DNA of 64,000 bases, from positions 1 to 64,000 of the forward strand of contig JAVXJA010000005.1 of assembly GCA_036648085.1 (NCBI GenBank), given 5' to 3'. Below the pieces are notes generated by a model that saw only the letters and a program-made list of their open reading frames with translations, was not told where the DNA came from and did not search any database. The translations under genes were made by a program, and so were the position numbers. Shown piece by piece: positions 10,388 to 20,283 of the stretch (position 1 is the stretch's first letter; the number at the start of each line of letters is the position of its first letter). Source of the stretch: Terrisporobacter sp. Lineage in GTDB: Bacteria; Bacillota; Clostridia; Peptostreptococcales; Peptostreptococcaceae.

Positions 10388-11019
10388 TGGAAAGTCTTAC
10401 AGAAACGATTTCTTCAAAGTTAGCTTTATATATTGGTGAAAATACAAACAAGTCAGGTGAAGAGTTAGAAGTTTTAAAATACGGTATTTTTATATTTATG
10501 CATATTTTCATTGCAGTTGTTTTTACATTTATTTTTGGATTAATAACTAATACATTATTTGAAATATTAATTATTTCTTTAATAGGTGGTTTAATGAAAA
10601 GATGTTGTGGAGGAGTTCACTCATCTAGCCCAAATAGATGTATTATTACTGGAATTATAGTTTCATACGGTTTTTCCTTAATAGGTAAAAATATAATTAA
10701 CATAAATGGACATATAATTTATTTAATTGTAGGATTAATGTTAATTCATTCATTTTTTATAATTTATAAAAAGTGCCCTGTACCATCTAAAAATAAACCA
10801 TTAAAAAAAGAAGAAACAAGAAAAAAATTAAGAAAAAAAGCTTTTAAAAATTTCTTTATATGCACAATTGGGTTTATATTAAGCATGTTTTATACAAATC
10901 TTAATTACTTAGCAATATGTATGGTTTTAGGTTTGTATATGCAAAGTATATCTCTGACAGCAATAGGAACTAAGGTCATATTGCTTATAGATAAGCTATT
11001 GATAAAGGTGAGAGTATAA
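10387..11019 (+). CDS. agrB: accessory gene regulator protein B (AgrD-processing membrane peptidase)
   Basis: About 210 aa, multi-TM. Conserved AgrB catalytic region KRCCGGVHSSSPNRC (R..GG.H......C). Immediately followed by an agrD-like peptide gene. Confidence 0.8.
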   Translation: MESLTETISSKLALYIGENTNKSGEELEVLKYGIFIFMHIFIAVVFTFIFGLITNTLFEILIISLIGGLMKRCCGGVHSSSPNRCIITGIIVSYGFSLIGKNIININGHIIYLIVGLMLIHSFFIIYKKCPVPSKNKPLKKEETRKKLRKKAFKNFFICTIGFILSMFYTNLNYLAICMVLGLYMQSISLTAIGTKVILLIDKLLIKVRV

Positions 11020-11078
11020 TTTTTAGAAATTAACAAATTATTTGTTAATATAAATTATAATGTAAAGGAGATACTAAA

Positions 11079-11186
11079 ATGGGATTCTTAGTTAATTTTT
11101 TCAACAAAGTAGCTAACAGTGGAAGTACTTACTGTATGGCAATATTTTTTGAGCCAGAAGTACCTAAATCTTTAAGAGAAGAATAA
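11079..11186 (+). CDS. agrD: autoinducing peptide precursor AgrD (35 aa; absent from the ORF track)
   Basis: Translates to MGFLVNFFNKVANSGSTYCMAIFFEPEVPKSLREE. AAAGGAG ribosome-binding site 8 nt upstream. Short amphipathic leader, Cys five residues before the conserved acidic AgrB-recognition tail (EPEVPKSL; compare S. aureus EVEVPKEL). Predicted thiolactone ring is CMAIF. Terminator follows. Confidence 0.75.
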   Translation: MGFLVNFFNKVANSGSTYCMAIFFEPEVPKSLREE

Positions 11187-11191
11187 TAGGT

Positions 11192-11230
11192 AAAAAAACC
11201 ATAAGAATTTTTTCTTATGGTTTTTTCTTA
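11192..11230 (+). terminator. Rho-independent terminator of the agr operon
   Basis: aaaaaccataagaa-tttttt-cttatggttttttc hairpin plus T-run. Confidence 0.65.
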
Positions 11231-11260
11231 ATTTAGAGTCATTTATACTATTTGGAATAG

Positions 11261-13009
11261 GTGAATAAAATGAATAAATTTGATCAAGAAAGAAATATAA
11301 AAATACTGGAAATATTAGTAGGTTTAAAATTTTTATATATTATATTAGCCAGCTTAAATATAATTAGTTATTATAGTATATCCTTAGATATAAATAGCGC
11401 ATTACTATTAATTGTATCTGATTGTTGCATAGCATCATTTATGGTACTATGTTCAAAAATGATGTATGGAAATACTAATAAAAGTTTTCTGAATACGCCT
11501 AATATGTATAACATAATCGAAGCTAGTATAATATTATGTTTGTTTATTGCGTTAATGGCAAAAACAGGAGGAGTTAATAGCTCATTTAAATATATAGGGA
11601 TGATAATTATACTAATATCTTCTATTCAGTATAATAAAAAAATAAGTTTTTCAATTGCTTTAGCAGTATCCATGATAATAATGTCATTTAATTTTATAAA
11701 TGTAAATTCACCTCAAATAATTGATGAATTACAAGTTACGCATTATTTTGAGGGGGATATAATTTTAGTTAGTTCTTTATTAATAACTTCATTTATTCTA
11801 TCCCATTATATAGAGATAGAAAAAGATCATAACTTAAAATTAACGGAATTAGCCATTAAAGATGGTCTAACCGGTTTATATAACCATAGAAGTTTCCAAG
11901 ATGTACTAGATGAATATATGGTTAAAGCACATAAGGACAATAAAGAAGTTTCTCTTCTATTTATGGATATAGATAATTTCAAAAACTTTAATGATGTAAA
12001 TGGACATCAAAAAGGGGACTGGCTGCTTACAAGGTTAGGTAAAGTTTTAAAGGACACAGTAGGCGATGTTGGAGTAGTAACCCGTTATGGTGGAGAAGAA
12101 TTTGCCATATTATTGTATGATAAGACTGAAGAATTTGCTTTGGAATTAGGTGAAAGGATTCGTCAAAATATACAAATTACCTATTTTAAAGGTCAAGAAC
12201 ATCAACCTAATAAAAATATTACTGTTTCAATTGGTGTATCATCGTATCCAAATATGGCAGGAAACAAAAAAGAGCTGATTGAACTTGCGGATAATGCTCT
12301 ATATAGAGCTAAATCCTTTGATAAAAATAGAGTTGAAAGATACTATAACATATTAGATGAAATAGATAGTAGTATTAATAAGCAATCATTACAATCTATA
12401 GCAAGTATACTAAATAGAATAAATAAGAAAGATAAGTATACTTATGGTCATTCAGAGAGGGTTGTAATTTATGCTAAAAAATTTGCTAATCATTTAAATT
12501 TAAAAGAATCACAAAAAAAAGATTTACTTTTAGCAGCTTATTTACATGATATAGGTAAGTTGGAAATTTCCAAAGAGCTTTTAAATAAAAGAGAAAAGTT
12601 ATCACAAAGTGAATTTAATATATTAAAACAACATCCTACATTAGGATCAGATTTGGTTAGTTTAATTAAAGAATTTAAGGATGTAGAACCTATAATTAAG
12701 CATCATCATGAAAAATTTGATGGAAGTGGATATCCGAGTAACTTAGAAGGAACGTCCATACCATATTTAGCAAGGATACTTACTATTATAGATAGTTTTG
12801 ATGCTATGACATCTAAGAGGCCTTATAACGTTAGAAAAGATTACAACCAAGCGATTATTGAATTAAAACAATGTTCGGGGAGTCATTTTGATAGTAAGTT
12901 AGTGTCGAAATTTATAGAGATGTTGCAAGATGATATGCTAGAGAAAGAGTTACCAAAAGATTTAAATAATGTTTTACTGAAAAAAGATAAGCCTAATATG
13001 GGAGCTTAA
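11261..13009 (+). CDS. membrane-anchored c-di-GMP signalling protein: N-terminal polytopic sensor domain + GGDEF (diguanylate cyclase) + HD-GYP (phosphodiesterase)
   Basis: About 190-aa N-terminal region with 5-6 predicted TM helices. GGDEF domain with RYGGEEF active-site motif. C-terminal HD-GYP domain (HD at LHDIGK; HHEKFDGSGYP). Confidence 0.8.
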   Translation: MNKMNKFDQERNIKILEILVGLKFLYIILASLNIISYYSISLDINSALLLIVSDCCIASFMVLCSKMMYGNTNKSFLNTPNMYNIIEASIILCLFIALMAKTGGVNSSFKYIGMIIILISSIQYNKKISFSIALAVSMIIMSFNFINVNSPQIIDELQVTHYFEGDIILVSSLLITSFILSHYIEIEKDHNLKLTELAIKDGLTGLYNHRSFQDVLDEYMVKAHKDNKEVSLLFMDIDNFKNFNDVNGHQKGDWLLTRLGKVLKDTVGDVGVVTRYGGEEFAILLYDKTEEFALELGERIRQNIQITYFKGQEHQPNKNITVSIGVSSYPNMAGNKKELIELADNALYRAKSFDKNRVERYYNILDEIDSSINKQSLQSIASILNRINKKDKYTYGHSERVVIYAKKFANHLNLKESQKKDLLLAAYLHDIGKLEISKELLNKREKLSQSEFNILKQHPTLGSDLVSLIKEFKDVEPIIKHHHEKFDGSGYPSNLEGTSIPYLARILTIIDSFDAMTSKRPYNVRKDYNQAIIELKQCSGSHFDSKLVSKFIEMLQDDMLEKELPKDLNNVLLKKDKPNMGA

Positions 13010-13011
13010 TA

Positions 13012-13064
13012 AAAAGTCTTCTAAAGTATTTTATTATAATAATACTTTAGAAGACTTTTTTTGC
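13012..13064 (+). terminator. Rho-independent terminator
   Basis: Long perfect hairpin aagtcttctaaagtatt...aatactttagaagactt followed by TTTTTTT. Confidence 0.7.
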
Positions 13065-13096
13065 TACAATAAAGTTGTACTTATAATTAACGTAGT

Positions 13097-13876
13097 ATGA
13101 AAGGGGATAACATGGGGGATATAGGGGTTAAATTTAAATATTTAGATGAATATAATGTAGAGTTATTAAAAAAAGTGAATCAAAATATAAATAATTTGAA
13201 GGATGAAAAACTTAATAGTGAGATAGTATCAATATTTGAAGATATAACAAATGAAATAGATGATAGTGTTTATACTGCAAAAGAAAGTAAAAAAATATTA
13301 ATTTCTTTGTTTTATGCTTTAGAAATAATAAGAGAAAATATAGAAAAAAATGGTATCGTTAGACAGAATGAATTTTTTGAGGAAGAAAAAAATCAAGATT
13401 CTATAGCGAAAGAGCTATTAGAAGGAATGATAATATCCGCGAAAAATGAATATGAAGAAAATAAGTTAAGGTATTATGGTTATTTATTAGGAAATATATT
13501 TTTTCAAAATGATTTATATAAAGATGAAAGTAATAGATTAATTAGGATAATTAGAACCTTATCTTATTGCCAAATTAGGTTAATAAATATGTATGTAATT
13601 TCACAGACTATACAAGTTCCTATTTTAAAAAGAGAAGACTATATAAAATGTGGAATACATGATTATAAATTATTAGGTATTTTACAAGACACTTTAGATA
13701 TGATACAAAAGGGAATATTAAATGGAAGTGGTAAACTAGTTTTAGATGTAGTTCAAATAAATCCATCAAAAATAAAGGTTCAAGGATGTGGAACTCTTCT
13801 TTATAATTTGATGTGCTTGAATAAAATGCCGTATGATGAATTAGAAGACTTATTAGAGATTTTATCAAATAAATAA
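13097..13876 (+). CDS. hypothetical protein (no recognisable domain)
   Basis: 259-aa ORF with a terminator on each side, forming its own transcription unit. Confidence 0.45.
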   Translation: MKGDNMGDIGVKFKYLDEYNVELLKKVNQNINNLKDEKLNSEIVSIFEDITNEIDDSVYTAKESKKILISLFYALEIIRENIEKNGIVRQNEFFEEEKNQDSIAKELLEGMIISAKNEYEENKLRYYGYLLGNIFFQNDLYKDESNRLIRIIRTLSYCQIRLINMYVISQTIQVPILKREDYIKCGIHDYKLLGILQDTLDMIQKGILNGSGKLVLDVVQINPSKIKVQGCGTLLYNLMCLNKMPYDELEDLLEILSNK

Positions 13877-13886
13877 TAGTTAAAAG

Positions 13887-13920
13887 TAAATGCTCTTAAT
13901 ATTAAGGCATTTATTTTTTT
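13887..13920 (+). terminator. Rho-independent terminator
   Basis: aaatgctcttaatattaaggcattt hairpin followed by TTTTTTT. Confidence 0.6.
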
Positions 13921-13965
13921 GAAAAGAATTGTAAAAAAAAATAAATATAAATATAAAAAACAAAG

Positions 13966-13979
13966 TGCAAGCGGTTGCA
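13966..13979. promoter_or_regulatory. candidate catabolite-responsive element (cre) upstream of ptsG
   Basis: TGCAAGCGGTTGCA fits the cre consensus TGNAANCGNWNNCA. Palindromic. Confidence 0.35.
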
Positions 13980-13987
13980 TAAAATTA

Positions 13988-14015
13988 TTGACACCAATAT
14001 TATTCCCATGATAGT
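13988..14015 (+). promoter_or_regulatory. candidate sigma-A promoter of ptsG
   Basis: TTGACA, 16-17 nt spacer, then GATAGT. Confidence 0.3.
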
Positions 14016-14112
14016 ATCGATAGTAAGATAATCATTATTAATATGATAAAAATAGATTTTTATAAAAGAAATTATAAAACAATTAATATTGTGGGGGGAG
14101 AGGAAGATAGTT

Positions 14113-16200
14113 ATGAAAGACAAGATATTTGGTGTTTTACAACGTGTAGGAAGATCATTCATGCTACCAATTGCTATTTTACCAGTAGCAGGTTTATTTT
14201 TAGGAATAGGCGGATCATTTACAAATGAAACAATGTTAAATGCATATGGATTAATGGGTGTTATGGGACCAGGAACTCCTATAAATGCATTTTTAACAGT
14301 TTTAAGTAATGCGGGAGATATAGTATTTGCAAACTTACCTTTGCTATTTGCAATGGGTGTTGCAATAGGTATGGCCAAAAAAGAAAAAGAAGTTGCAGCT
14401 TTATCAGGAGCTATAGCGTTCTTAATTATGCACGCATCAATAGGTGCAATGATAAATATTAATGGTGGAACTGAAGCTATGCTTGATGGTTCTACAACAA
14501 GTGTTTTAGGTATAACATCACTTCAAATGGGCGTATTTGGTGGGATGATAGTAGGACTTGGAGTATCGGCATTACATAATCGTTTCTATAAGATAGAACT
14601 TCCGCAAGTATTATCATTCTTTGGTGGAACTAGATTTGTTCCTATTATATCTGCAATAGTTTACTTATTAGTTGGTATAGCAATGTTCTATGCATGGCCT
14701 CCAGTACAAAATGCTATATATTCTGTAGGTGATTTAGTAAGAGATTCAGGGTATGGAGGAACTTGGTTATACGGATTTATGGAAAGAGCATTAATTCCTT
14801 TTGGACTTCATCATGTATTCTACTTACCATTTTGGCAAACTGCTGTTGGTGGTACGGCAATGGTAGGAGGACAATTAATAGAAGGTGCTCAAAACATATT
14901 CTTCGCGGAACTTGCAACTCCAGGAATTACAGAATTCAGTGTAGAAGCTACTAGATTTATGTCGGGTAAATTCCCACTTATGATATTTGGTTTACCAGGA
15001 GCAGCGCTTGCTATGTACAAATGTGCCAAACCAGAAAAACGTAAGGTTGCTGGTGGATTATTAATATCTGCAGCTTTAACATCTATGTTAACAGGTATAA
15101 CTGAGCCAATAGAATTTACATTCTTATTTGTTGCTCCAATATTATATGTTATTCATTGCATATTTGCAGGAGCAGCTTACATGCTAATGCACATGTTAAA
15201 TGTTGGAGTTGGTATGACATTCTCTGGAGGATTAATAGATTTATCATTATTTGGAATATTACAAGGAAATGCTAAAACTCATTGGATAAATATAATAGTG
15301 GTAGGATTAATGTACTTTGCAGTATATTACTTCTTATTTACATTCTTAATAAAGAAATTTAACTTCAAAACTCCAGGAAGAGAAGACGATGATGTAGAGG
15401 TTAAACTTTACACAAGAGCAGATGTAAATGCTAAAAAAGACGGTAATGTAGACAATCAAAATAATCAAGTATCTGCCAGGATATTAAAAGGTCTAGGTGG
15501 TCAAGTTAACTTAACTGACTTAGATTGTTGCGCTACAAGACTTCGTGTTACAGTAAAAGATTCTAGTAAAGTAAGTGAATCTTTATTAAAATCAAGTGGA
15601 GCAGCAGGCGTTATAATAAAAGGTAATGGTGTGCAAGTTATATATGGACCACGTGTTACAGTTATAAAGTCTAATTTAGAAGATTTTATATCAAGTGGTG
15701 CAATAATTGAAATAGAAGAAACTCCAGTTGTTGAAAATAAAAAGATAGAAGCTCATATTATAGTAGCACCAATAGAAGGTAATGTTGTATCTCTTGAAAA
15801 AGTAGGAGATGGAGTATTCTCAGAAGGTATGTTAGGTAAAGGTATAGCGATAGAACCAAGTGTAGGTAGAGCTGTATCTCCTGTAAATGGAACTATTTCA
15901 ACTGTATTCGATACAAAACATGCTATTGGTTTAACTGCATATGATGGAGCTGAAATTTTAATTCATATAGGATTGGATACTGTAAAGCTAAATGGAGAGC
16001 ATTTTGATACTCATGTTAAAGCAGGAGATAAAGTAAAGGTAGGAGATCTTTTAGTAGAATTTAATATAGAAAAAATAAAAGAAGCTGGATATCCAACAAT
16101 AACACCTGTAATAATAACTAATACTGATAGTTATGAAGATATTGAAACATTAGTAAATGGATCAGTTAAAGAAAAAGATAAATTAGTATTAGTTAGATAA
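14113..16200 (+). CDS. ptsG: PTS glucose-family transporter, fused EIICBA
   Basis: Start MKDKIFGVLQR with GGGGGGAGAGG ribosome-binding site. The ORF-track start at 14089 is further upstream. EIIC membrane domain. EIIB motif NLTDLDCCATRLR. C-terminal EIIA-Glc domain (GIAIEP...HIGLDTV). Confidence 0.9.
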   Translation: MKDKIFGVLQRVGRSFMLPIAILPVAGLFLGIGGSFTNETMLNAYGLMGVMGPGTPINAFLTVLSNAGDIVFANLPLLFAMGVAIGMAKKEKEVAALSGAIAFLIMHASIGAMININGGTEAMLDGSTTSVLGITSLQMGVFGGMIVGLGVSALHNRFYKIELPQVLSFFGGTRFVPIISAIVYLLVGIAMFYAWPPVQNAIYSVGDLVRDSGYGGTWLYGFMERALIPFGLHHVFYLPFWQTAVGGTAMVGGQLIEGAQNIFFAELATPGITEFSVEATRFMSGKFPLMIFGLPGAALAMYKCAKPEKRKVAGGLLISAALTSMLTGITEPIEFTFLFVAPILYVIHCIFAGAAYMLMHMLNVGVGMTFSGGLIDLSLFGILQGNAKTHWINIIVVGLMYFAVYYFLFTFLIKKFNFKTPGREDDDVEVKLYTRADVNAKKDGNVDNQNNQVSARILKGLGGQVNLTDLDCCATRLRVTVKDSSKVSESLLKSSGAAGVIIKGNGVQVIYGPRVTVIKSNLEDFISSGAIIEIEETPVVENKKIEAHIIVAPIEGNVVSLEKVGDGVFSEGMLGKGIAIEPSVGRAVSPVNGTISTVFDTKHAIGLTAYDGAEILIHIGLDTVKLNGEHFDTHVKAGDKVKVGDLLVEFNIEKIKEAGYPTITPVIITNTDSYEDIETLVNGSVKEKDKLVLVR

Positions 16201-16210
16201 TAATTTTAGA

Positions 16211-16246
16211 AAAGGCAGAGTTAAATAAACTTTGTCTTTTTTTGTA
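16211..16246 (+). terminator. Rho-independent terminator
   Basis: aaggcagagtt-aaataa-aactttgtctt stem with two G-U pairs, followed by TTTTTTT. Confidence 0.5.
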
Positions 16247-16372
16247 CGACAAAACACGTACTAAAAATGTTAAAAATAAAAAAATATTCGTAAAAAACAA
16301 ATTATTATATATACTATTTTTAAGTTTTAAATTATAATAGAATATATTTGTAAATATTGGAGGAAATGAATA

Positions 16373-18049
16373 ATGAAATTTAAATCAGATATAGAAATAG
16401 CACAAGAAGTAAAACCTCTACATATTAGAGAAATAGGAAAAAAATTAGGGTTAAGTGAAGATGACTTAGATTTATATGGAAAATATAAAGCTAAAGTTGA
16501 TTATAATTTATTAAAAACACATAGTAAAGATAAAAAGGCTAAGTTAATATTAACTACAGCTATTAATCCCACTCCAGCAGGTGAAGGAAAAACAACTACA
16601 ACTATAGGTGTAGCTGATGGTTTACAAAAGATAGGTAAGAATGCAATAGTTACTTTAAGAGAGCCATCTTTAGGACCTGTATTTGGTTTAAAAGGTGGGG
16701 CAGCAGGTGGAGGATATGCTCAAGTTGTTCCAATGGAAGATATAAATTTACACTTTACAGGAGATTTCCATGCAATAGGAGCAGCAAACAATTTATTAGC
16801 AGCTATGATTGATAACCATATTCATCAAGGAAATAACTTAGGTATAAATCCTAAAACTATTACTTGGAGAAGATGTGTAGATATGAATGACAGACAACTT
16901 AGGAATATAGTTTGTGGAATGGGTAAAAAGGCGGACGGAATAGTTAGAGAAGATGGATTTGATATAACAGTTGCTTCAGAGGTAATGGCAGCATTTTGTT
17001 TAGCAAATAATATTGGAGATTTAAGAGAAAAACTAGGAAACATAATAATAGGATATAATTATGCTGGAAATCCAGTAAGTGCTCAAGAGTTAAATGCTAA
17101 TGGATCTATGGCAGCTTTATTAAAGGATGCTTTAAAACCTAATCTAGTTCAAACTCTAGAAGGAACACCAGCATTTGTTCATGGAGGTCCGTTTGCTAAT
17201 ATTGCTCACGGATGTAATTCGGTTATAGCAACAAAAATGGCTATGAACTTTGCAGATTATGTAGTAACAGAAGGTGGATTCGGAGCAGATTTAGGTGCAG
17301 AAAAATTCTTAGATATAAAATGTAGGTTGGCTGATATAAAACCAGATGCAGTTATTATTGTAGTTACTGTTAGAGCATTAAAATATAATGGTGGAGTATC
17401 AAAAAATGATTTAAATGAGACTAATTTAGAAGCTTTAGAGCAAGGATTACCAAACTTATTAAAACACGTTGAAAACATAACAAAAGTATTCAAACTGCCA
17501 GCAGTAGTTGCAATAAATGAATTCCCAACAGATACTAAAGAAGAAATTAATTTAATAAAAGATAAATGTGAAGAACTTGGTGTTAATGTGGTTATATCAC
17601 AAGTATGGGCAGAAGGTGGAAACGGTGGAGTTGAGCTTGCAAAAGAAGTTGTAAAACTTTGCGATGAAGATAATGACTTTGAGTATGTTTATCCATTAGA
17701 TTGTAGTATAAGAGAAAAAATAAATGCTATAGCAACCAAGATATATGGTGCTGATGGTGTAGATTATACTAAAGAAGCAGAAAAAGAAATAGTTAATTTA
17801 GAGAAACTTGGATTTACTAATTTACCTATATGTATTGCAAAAACTCAATATTCATTTACAGATGATGCAACAAAACTAGGTAGACCTACTGGATTTAGAA
17901 TAACTGTAAGGCAGGTTAATGTAAATTCAGGAGCAGGATTTATAGTTGCTATGACTGGAAATATAATGAAAATGCCGGGGCTTCCAAAGTCACCAGCTGC
18001 AGAGAAAATAGATGTTGATAAAGATGGAGTTATTATAGGATTATTTTAA
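16373..18049 (+). CDS. fhs: formate--tetrahydrofolate ligase
   Basis: 558 aa. Matches the Fhs nucleotide-binding region [14 protein letters not shown]. Confidence 0.9.
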   Translation: MKFKSDIEIAQEVKPLHIREIGKKLGLSEDDLDLYGKYKAKVDYNLLKTHSKDKKAKLILTTAINPTPAGEGKTTTTIGVADGLQKIGKNAIVTLREPSLGPVFGLKGGAAGGGYAQVVPMEDINLHFTGDFHAIGAANNLLAAMIDNHIHQGNNLGINPKTITWRRCVDMNDRQLRNIVCGMGKKADGIVREDGFDITVASEVMAAFCLANNIGDLREKLGNIIIGYNYAGNPVSAQELNANGSMAALLKDALKPNLVQTLEGTPAFVHGGPFANIAHGCNSVIATKMAMNFADYVVTEGGFGADLGAEKFLDIKCRLADIKPDAVIIVVTVRALKYNGGVSKNDLNETNLEALEQGLPNLLKHVENITKVFKLPAVVAINEFPTDTKEEINLIKDKCEELGVNVVISQVWAEGGNGGVELAKEVVKLCDEDNDFEYVYPLDCSIREKINAIATKIYGADGVDYTKEAEKEIVNLEKLGFTNLPICIAKTQYSFTDDATKLGRPTGFRITVRQVNVNSGAGFIVAMTGNIMKMPGLPKSPAAEKIDVDKDGVIIGLF

Positions 18050-18415
18050 TAATAATTAATATATTATAGATATAAATATAAAAGATAGATCTTATATATA
18101 GATAGGCATTTAGCGTATTTATTATATAGGATCTTCTTTACTTTAGGAATTAAATAATAATATTATTAGATAACTACCTTTGATATAATCAGTAAGTATA
18201 TATTTCGACAATATGTGACGGGAATATTAAGGAGGAAGCAAGTGGTTAACAATATAAAATGTTAATTATGATAAGAAAAACTATGTAAAATGTAACCCTT
18301 TTTTAAAACATATAAAACAATTATGATATACTCTTTGTATTAGTAGTTTTTAAGAATAAATACTATTATAGTAATGAAGAAAATATATATTCAAAGTATA
18401 AATAGGAGGTTTCGA

Positions 18416-19105
18416 ATGGCTGGAATAATATCAAGATTTAAAGACATAATGTCTTCAAACATCAATGCATTATTAGACAAGGCAGAGGATCCATCAAAAA
18501 TGATAGATCAATATTTAAGAAACTTAGAAAGTGATTTAGGAAAAGTTAAAGCGGAAACAGCTTCTGTTATGTCAGAAGAAAAAAGATGGAAGCGTCAACT
18601 AGATGAATGTACTGAAAATATGGAAAAAATGCATAGGTATGCTGAAAAAGCTCTTATAGCTGGTAATGAAGATGATGCTAAACTATTTTTAGAAAAGAAA
18701 AGCGAGTTAGTAAATAAACAACAAACTTTGAAACAATCATATGAAATAGCAGCTGGTAATGCAGAAAAAATGAGAAGTATGCATGATAAACTTGTGAAAG
18801 ATATAGGGGAGTTAAATGCTAGAAAAGACCAATTAAAGGTTAAACTTGCAGTGGCTAAAACTCAAGAAAGACTAAATAAAATAGGTTCAAGTATTGATGG
18901 TGCTAAGGGGAATATGTCTGCATTTGATAAAATAGAAGATAAAATCAACAAGCAATTAGATGAAGCGAATGCTATGGCTGAACTTAATTCATTAAAAGAA
19001 GAAAATAATATAGATGATTTAATGAGTAAATATGATGATGAAAAATCTACAAATCCAGAGATAGATGATGAGTTAGCAGAATTAAAAAGAAAATTAGGAC
19101 TGTAA
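18416..19105 (+). CDS. pspA: PspA/IM30 family (phage-shock protein A-like) envelope stress protein
   Basis: Start MAGIISRFKDIMSSNINALLDKAEDPSKMIDQ is the PspA-typical N-terminus, followed by long coiled coil. AGGAGG ribosome-binding site. The ORF-track start at 18374 is upstream of the ribosome-binding site. Confidence 0.85.
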   Translation: MAGIISRFKDIMSSNINALLDKAEDPSKMIDQYLRNLESDLGKVKAETASVMSEEKRWKRQLDECTENMEKMHRYAEKALIAGNEDDAKLFLEKKSELVNKQQTLKQSYEIAAGNAEKMRSMHDKLVKDIGELNARKDQLKVKLAVAKTQERLNKIGSSIDGAKGNMSAFDKIEDKINKQLDEANAMAELNSLKEENNIDDLMSKYDDEKSTNPEIDDELAELKRKLGL

Positions 19106-19136
19106 TAGGTATTTATAATTAAATAAATTTTAGGGG

Positions 19137-20204
19137 GTGAAGAAGATAAGTAAATCATACTATTGTGAAAGTTGCGGAGGTATAATGGCTTTTGATGCAA
19201 CTGCACAATGTTTAAAATGTCCAAATTGTGAAACAGAAGTTGAAATAGAAAATAACCCAAACAATGTAAGAGAGCATAGGCTTGATATGCATGCTATGAA
19301 TAGAATCAAAGTGGAAGAAAAAACATCCACTAGTATGGAATGTGAAGGATGTGGTGCAAAGGTGGAAGTAGATGCCACTAGCAGTGCTACAAGTTGTCCT
19401 TATTGTGGATCTCATTATGTTTTAGCAAAAAAACAAATTGAGTCTATCATTCCTGATGGTGTAATACCTTTTAAAATTAGCAAAAATGATGTAGAATCTA
19501 TATTTAGAAACTGGATAAAAGGAAGGTGGCTTGCACCCAATATATTAAAAACTTTATATCAAAAGGATAAAGTACAAGGTATATACATGCCATACTGGAC
19601 ATTTGATGCAGATACAAGTGTACATTATACTGCTATGGGTGGTATAAACTATGAAGTAGAATATGAAGATGATGAAGGAAATAAACATACAAGGATAGAA
19701 ACAAATTGGTATCCAACAAGTGGATATATAAAAGAATTCTTTGATGACGTATTAGTTAGGGCTTCAGATAAATTAAGTGAAGGTCTTTTACAATGTATAG
19801 AACCATATAATACAAAGAATACAGCATCATATTCACCTGATTATATGTCAGGGTACTCTGCAGAAGTATATACTATAGAATTAAAATCTGCTCATACTGA
19901 TGCAATGAACAAGATGGAAAGAGAATTAGTGAATTTGGCAGAACTAGATGTTCTTAGAAGATATGATAGAGTAAGAGGGGTACATCTGAATACGTCATTT
20001 AATAACGAAACTTATAAACACATTTTCTTACCTATTTATTCAACTGCTTATACATATAAAGATAAACATTATAATGTTTTAATAAATGGTGAAAATGGAA
20101 ATATAAAAGGAGAATATCCAAAGAGTGTAGCTAAGATAATTGCTATTGTCGTTGTAGTTTTAATAATAATTATATTGATTTATGTAGCAACATCTTCAAA
20201 TTAA
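19137..20204 (+). CDS. PspA-associated zinc-ribbon protein with C-terminal TM anchor (B. subtilis YdjG-like)
   Basis: Several CxxC pairs (CESCGG...CPNCE, CEGCGA...CPYCG). C-terminal hydrophobic helix. Start codon uncertain (GTG at 19137 or ATG at 19185). Confidence 0.6.
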   Translation: MKKISKSYYCESCGGIMAFDATAQCLKCPNCETEVEIENNPNNVREHRLDMHAMNRIKVEEKTSTSMECEGCGAKVEVDATSSATSCPYCGSHYVLAKKQIESIIPDGVIPFKISKNDVESIFRNWIKGRWLAPNILKTLYQKDKVQGIYMPYWTFDADTSVHYTAMGGINYEVEYEDDEGNKHTRIETNWYPTSGYIKEFFDDVLVRASDKLSEGLLQCIEPYNTKNTASYSPDYMSGYSAEVYTIELKSAHTDAMNKMERELVNLAELDVLRRYDRVRGVHLNTSFNNETYKHIFLPIYSTAYTYKDKHYNVLINGENGNIKGEYPKSVAKIIAIVVVVLIIIILIYVATSSN

Positions 20205-20283
20205 TATAGTTAATGTTAATATATTATAATAAATAGATATATTTTTGATTTTTACAAAAAAGAGATATTAGGAGGTGATAAGC

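Noticed and set aside
13911-14378. 155-aa minus-strand ORF overlapping the ptsG promoter and 5' end
   Set aside because: Overlaps the strongly supported ptsG start and promoter. No ribosome-binding site. Antisense-type composition.
18242-18265. Strong AGGAGG ribosome-binding site followed by GTG and only 7 codons upstream of pspA
   Set aside because: Too short to call a gene. It might be a leader peptide but there is no supporting structure. Mentioned only under the psp finding.
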